A DNA stretch of 33,481 nucleotides from Octopus bimaculoides (taxonomy: Eukaryota). The stretch is taken from positions 102,330,095-102,363,575 of the forward strand of contig NC_068984.1 in the NCBI RefSeq assembly GCF_001194135.2, given 5' to 3'. The translations under genes were made by a program, and so were the position numbers. Of the stretch, positions 31,069 to 33,481 are shown piece by piece. The number at the start of each line of letters is the position of its first letter. The first letter of the stretch is position 1. Below the pieces are notes generated by a model, which saw only the letters and a program-made list of their open reading frames with translations, was not told the origin of the DNA and ran no database searches.

Positions 31069-31463
31069 ACTCTTTTACTTGCTTCAGTCATTTGACTGCG
31101 GCCATGCTGGAGCACCACCTTTAGTCAAGAAAATTGACCTCAGGACTTATTCTTTGTAAGCCTAGTACTTATTCTATCCGTCTCTTTTTGCCGAACCGCT
31201 AAGTTACGGGGACGTAAACACACCAGCATCGGTTGTCAAGCAATGGTGGGGGACAAACACAGACACACACACATACATACATATATATACATATATACGA
31301 TGGGCTTCTTCCAGTTTCCGTCTACCAAATCCACTCACAAGGCTTTGGTTGGCCCGAGGCTATAGTAGAAGACACTTGCCCAAGGTGCCACGCAGTGGGA
31401 CTGAACCCGGAACCATGTGGTTGGTAAGCAAGCTACTTACCACACAGCCACTCCTGCGCCTAT
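31069..31463 (-). mobile_element. SINE family A, full length, young, inserted in a (TATAA)n tract
   Basis: Near-consensus head, body and tail, with ATAATATAATAT on both flanks. Confidence 0.94.
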
Positions 31464-31556
31464 AATATAATATCATATATATATATATAGATATATAAAT
31501 ATATACACACACATATATATATATACATATACACACATACACATATGTATATATAT

Positions 31557-31587
<31 letters not shown>

Positions 31588-31619
31588 CATAACTGCAGTC
31601 AGTCACTGTGACTATGACT

Positions 31620-31935
31620 GCTCATGCCTTTGACATGACTTGGTAAGCTTTCTCCATACTGGTCAGTTTTTCACTTGGGTTTGCCATTTATTATGACCAA
31701 TTCCTTCGAACTTCATATTCCCTTTTGCAGTATCTTTGAATCTCAGACTAGGTCTACCGTGGTTTCTTTTCCCCTTGCAAGGTTGGAAGTAAAGGATTTA
31801 TGTACGTGGCCCAACCAATGTAAATTTCTATCAATAAGGACTTCCATCATAGGAAGCAGGTCAGCATACTGTAGGATCTCTTCATTCCTGATCTTGTCAA
31901 TGAGAGTAATATTCATGATTTGTCATAGCTTTCAC
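31620..31935 (-). mobile_element. RTE LINE 3' fragment (third subfamily), decayed
   Basis: The minus strand reads DKIRNEEILQYADL..MEVLIDRNLHWLGHVH, then (after a deletion) GKRNHGRPSLRFKDTAKGNMK...W...N*PVWR. Confidence 0.82.
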
Positions 31936-32015
31936 ATCATATATACTCTTTACAGTATATTTACATTAAAAAAGATATACAGAATGCTACAGCATGATAA
32001 ATTGTATGAAATACT

Positions 32016-32374
32016 GTGCAGGAGTGGCTGTGTGGTAAGTAGCTTGCTTACCAACCACATGGTTCTGGGTTCATTCCCACTGCGTGGCACCTTGGGCAAG
32101 TGTCTTCTACTATAGCCTCGGGCCGACCAAAGCCTTGTGAATGGATTTGGTAGACGGAAACTGAAAGAAGCCTGTCGTATATATGTATATATATGTGTGT
32201 GTGTGTGTATGTTTGTGTGTCTGCGTTTGTCCCCCCAACATCGCTTAACAACCGATGGTGGTGTGTTTACGTCCCCAGTAACTTAGCGGTTCGGCAAAAG
32301 GGACCGATAGAATAAGTACTAGGCATCCAAAGAATAAGTCCTGGGGTCGATTTTCTCGACTAAAGGTGGTGCTC
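32016..32374 (+). mobile_element. SINE family A, young, truncated by the N-gap (32375-33138)
   Basis: About 95% identical over the first ~165 nt to the reverse complement of 31069-31463 (roughly 8 differences counted by eye). Confidence 0.94.
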
Positions 32375-33138
32375 NNNNNNNNNNNNNNNNNNNNNNNNNN
32401 NNNNNNNNNNNNNNNNNNNNNNNNNNNNNNNNNNNNNNNNNNNNNNNNNNNNNNNNNNNNNNNNNNNNNNNNNNNNNNNNNNNNNNNNNNNNNNNNNNNN
32501 NNNNNNNNNNNNNNNNNNNNNNNNNNNNNNNNNNNNNNNNNNNNNNNNNNNNNNNNNNNNNNNNNNNNNNNNNNNNNNNNNNNNNNNNNNNNNNNNNNNN
32601 NNNNNNNNNNNNNNNNNNNNNNNNNNNNNNNNNNNNNNNNNNNNNNNNNNNNNNNNNNNNNNNNNNNNNNNNNNNNNNNNNNNNNNNNNNNNNNNNNNNN
32701 NNNNNNNNNNNNNNNNNNNNNNNNNNNNNNNNNNNNNNNNNNNNNNNNNNNNNNNNNNNNNNNNNNNNNNNNNNNNNNNNNNNNNNNNNNNNNNNNNNNN
32801 NNNNNNNNNNNNNNNNNNNNNNNNNNNNNNNNNNNNNNNNNNNNNNNNNNNNNNNNNNNNNNNNNNNNNNNNNNNNNNNNNNNNNNNNNNNNNNNNNNNN
32901 NNNNNNNNNNNNNNNNNNNNNNNNNNNNNNNNNNNNNNNNNNNNNNNNNNNNNNNNNNNNNNNNNNNNNNNNNNNNNNNNNNNNNNNNNNNNNNNNNNNN
33001 NNNNNNNNNNNNNNNNNNNNNNNNNNNNNNNNNNNNNNNNNNNNNNNNNNNNNNNNNNNNNNNNNNNNNNNNNNNNNNNNNNNNNNNNNNNNNNNNNNNN
33101 NNNNNNNNNNNNNNNNNNNNNNNNNNNNNNNNNNNNNN

Positions 33139-33345
33139 GGGGAGAGAGAGGGAGGGGGAGGGGAGAGAGAGGGAGGGGGAGAGAGAGAAGAAATATGAAG
33201 AAATTGCATTCTAAGGGTAAAAGTTGTATATCTAAGTGTAGTTACATGTGTCTATGTATGTGTGTGTGTGCGTTTATATGTATATGTTTATGTTGGAGAA
33301 TTCAACACAGACACACAACATATATATATATGCATGCATGCATGC

Positions 33346-33378
<33 letters not shown>

Positions 33379-33481
33379 CACACACACAATATATATATAC
33401 ATACATATATTTACATATATATACACACACACATAAATATATATATATGTACATGAATATATACAAATATATATATATATA
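33139..33481. repeat. (GGGA/GAGA) purine tract followed by (TA)n/(CA)n microsatellites
   Basis: Directly visible. Confidence 0.9.

Noticed and set aside
33139-33180. G-quadruplex-compatible purine tract
   Set aside because: It is a simple GA/GGGA microsatellite at a gap edge, with unreliable sequence and no functional context.

Overview
This is AT-rich, repeat-dense eukaryotic DNA with five N-gaps and long (TA)n/(TG)n microsatellites. The SINE, LINE and MITE repertoire looks like an octopus (coleoid cephalopod) draft scaffold; that is an inference from remembered repeat families, not a search. There are no prokaryotic features, CRISPR arrays or rRNA/tRNA genes. Most of the window appears to be intron of a minus-strand gene. 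Only one exon is well supported (23592-23720, 43 codons, phase 0/0); it resembles TBC1D32/Broad-minded. The mobile content is an RTE LINE remnant (2779-4672), other decayed RTE pieces, an R4/Dong-like fragment, a mariner (DD34D) and a maT (DD37D) transposon, a piggyBac-like MITE, a HINE/DINE-1-like element and about 25 tRNA-derived SINE copies of three families. The most interesting signals are: (1) a complete C4HC3 PHD finger inserted inside the reverse transcriptase of the RTE element; (2) two unrelated perfect hairpins (17 bp and 20 bp stems) in otherwise unique sequence; (3) a 62-bp minisatellite built from the double-hairpin module of the LINE 3' UTR; (4) decayed hammerhead-like motifs in Penelope-like termini; (5) closely spaced inverted SINE pairs that should form dsRNA in the pre-mRNA. 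All family and gene assignments come from motif recognition and memory; no database search was run.
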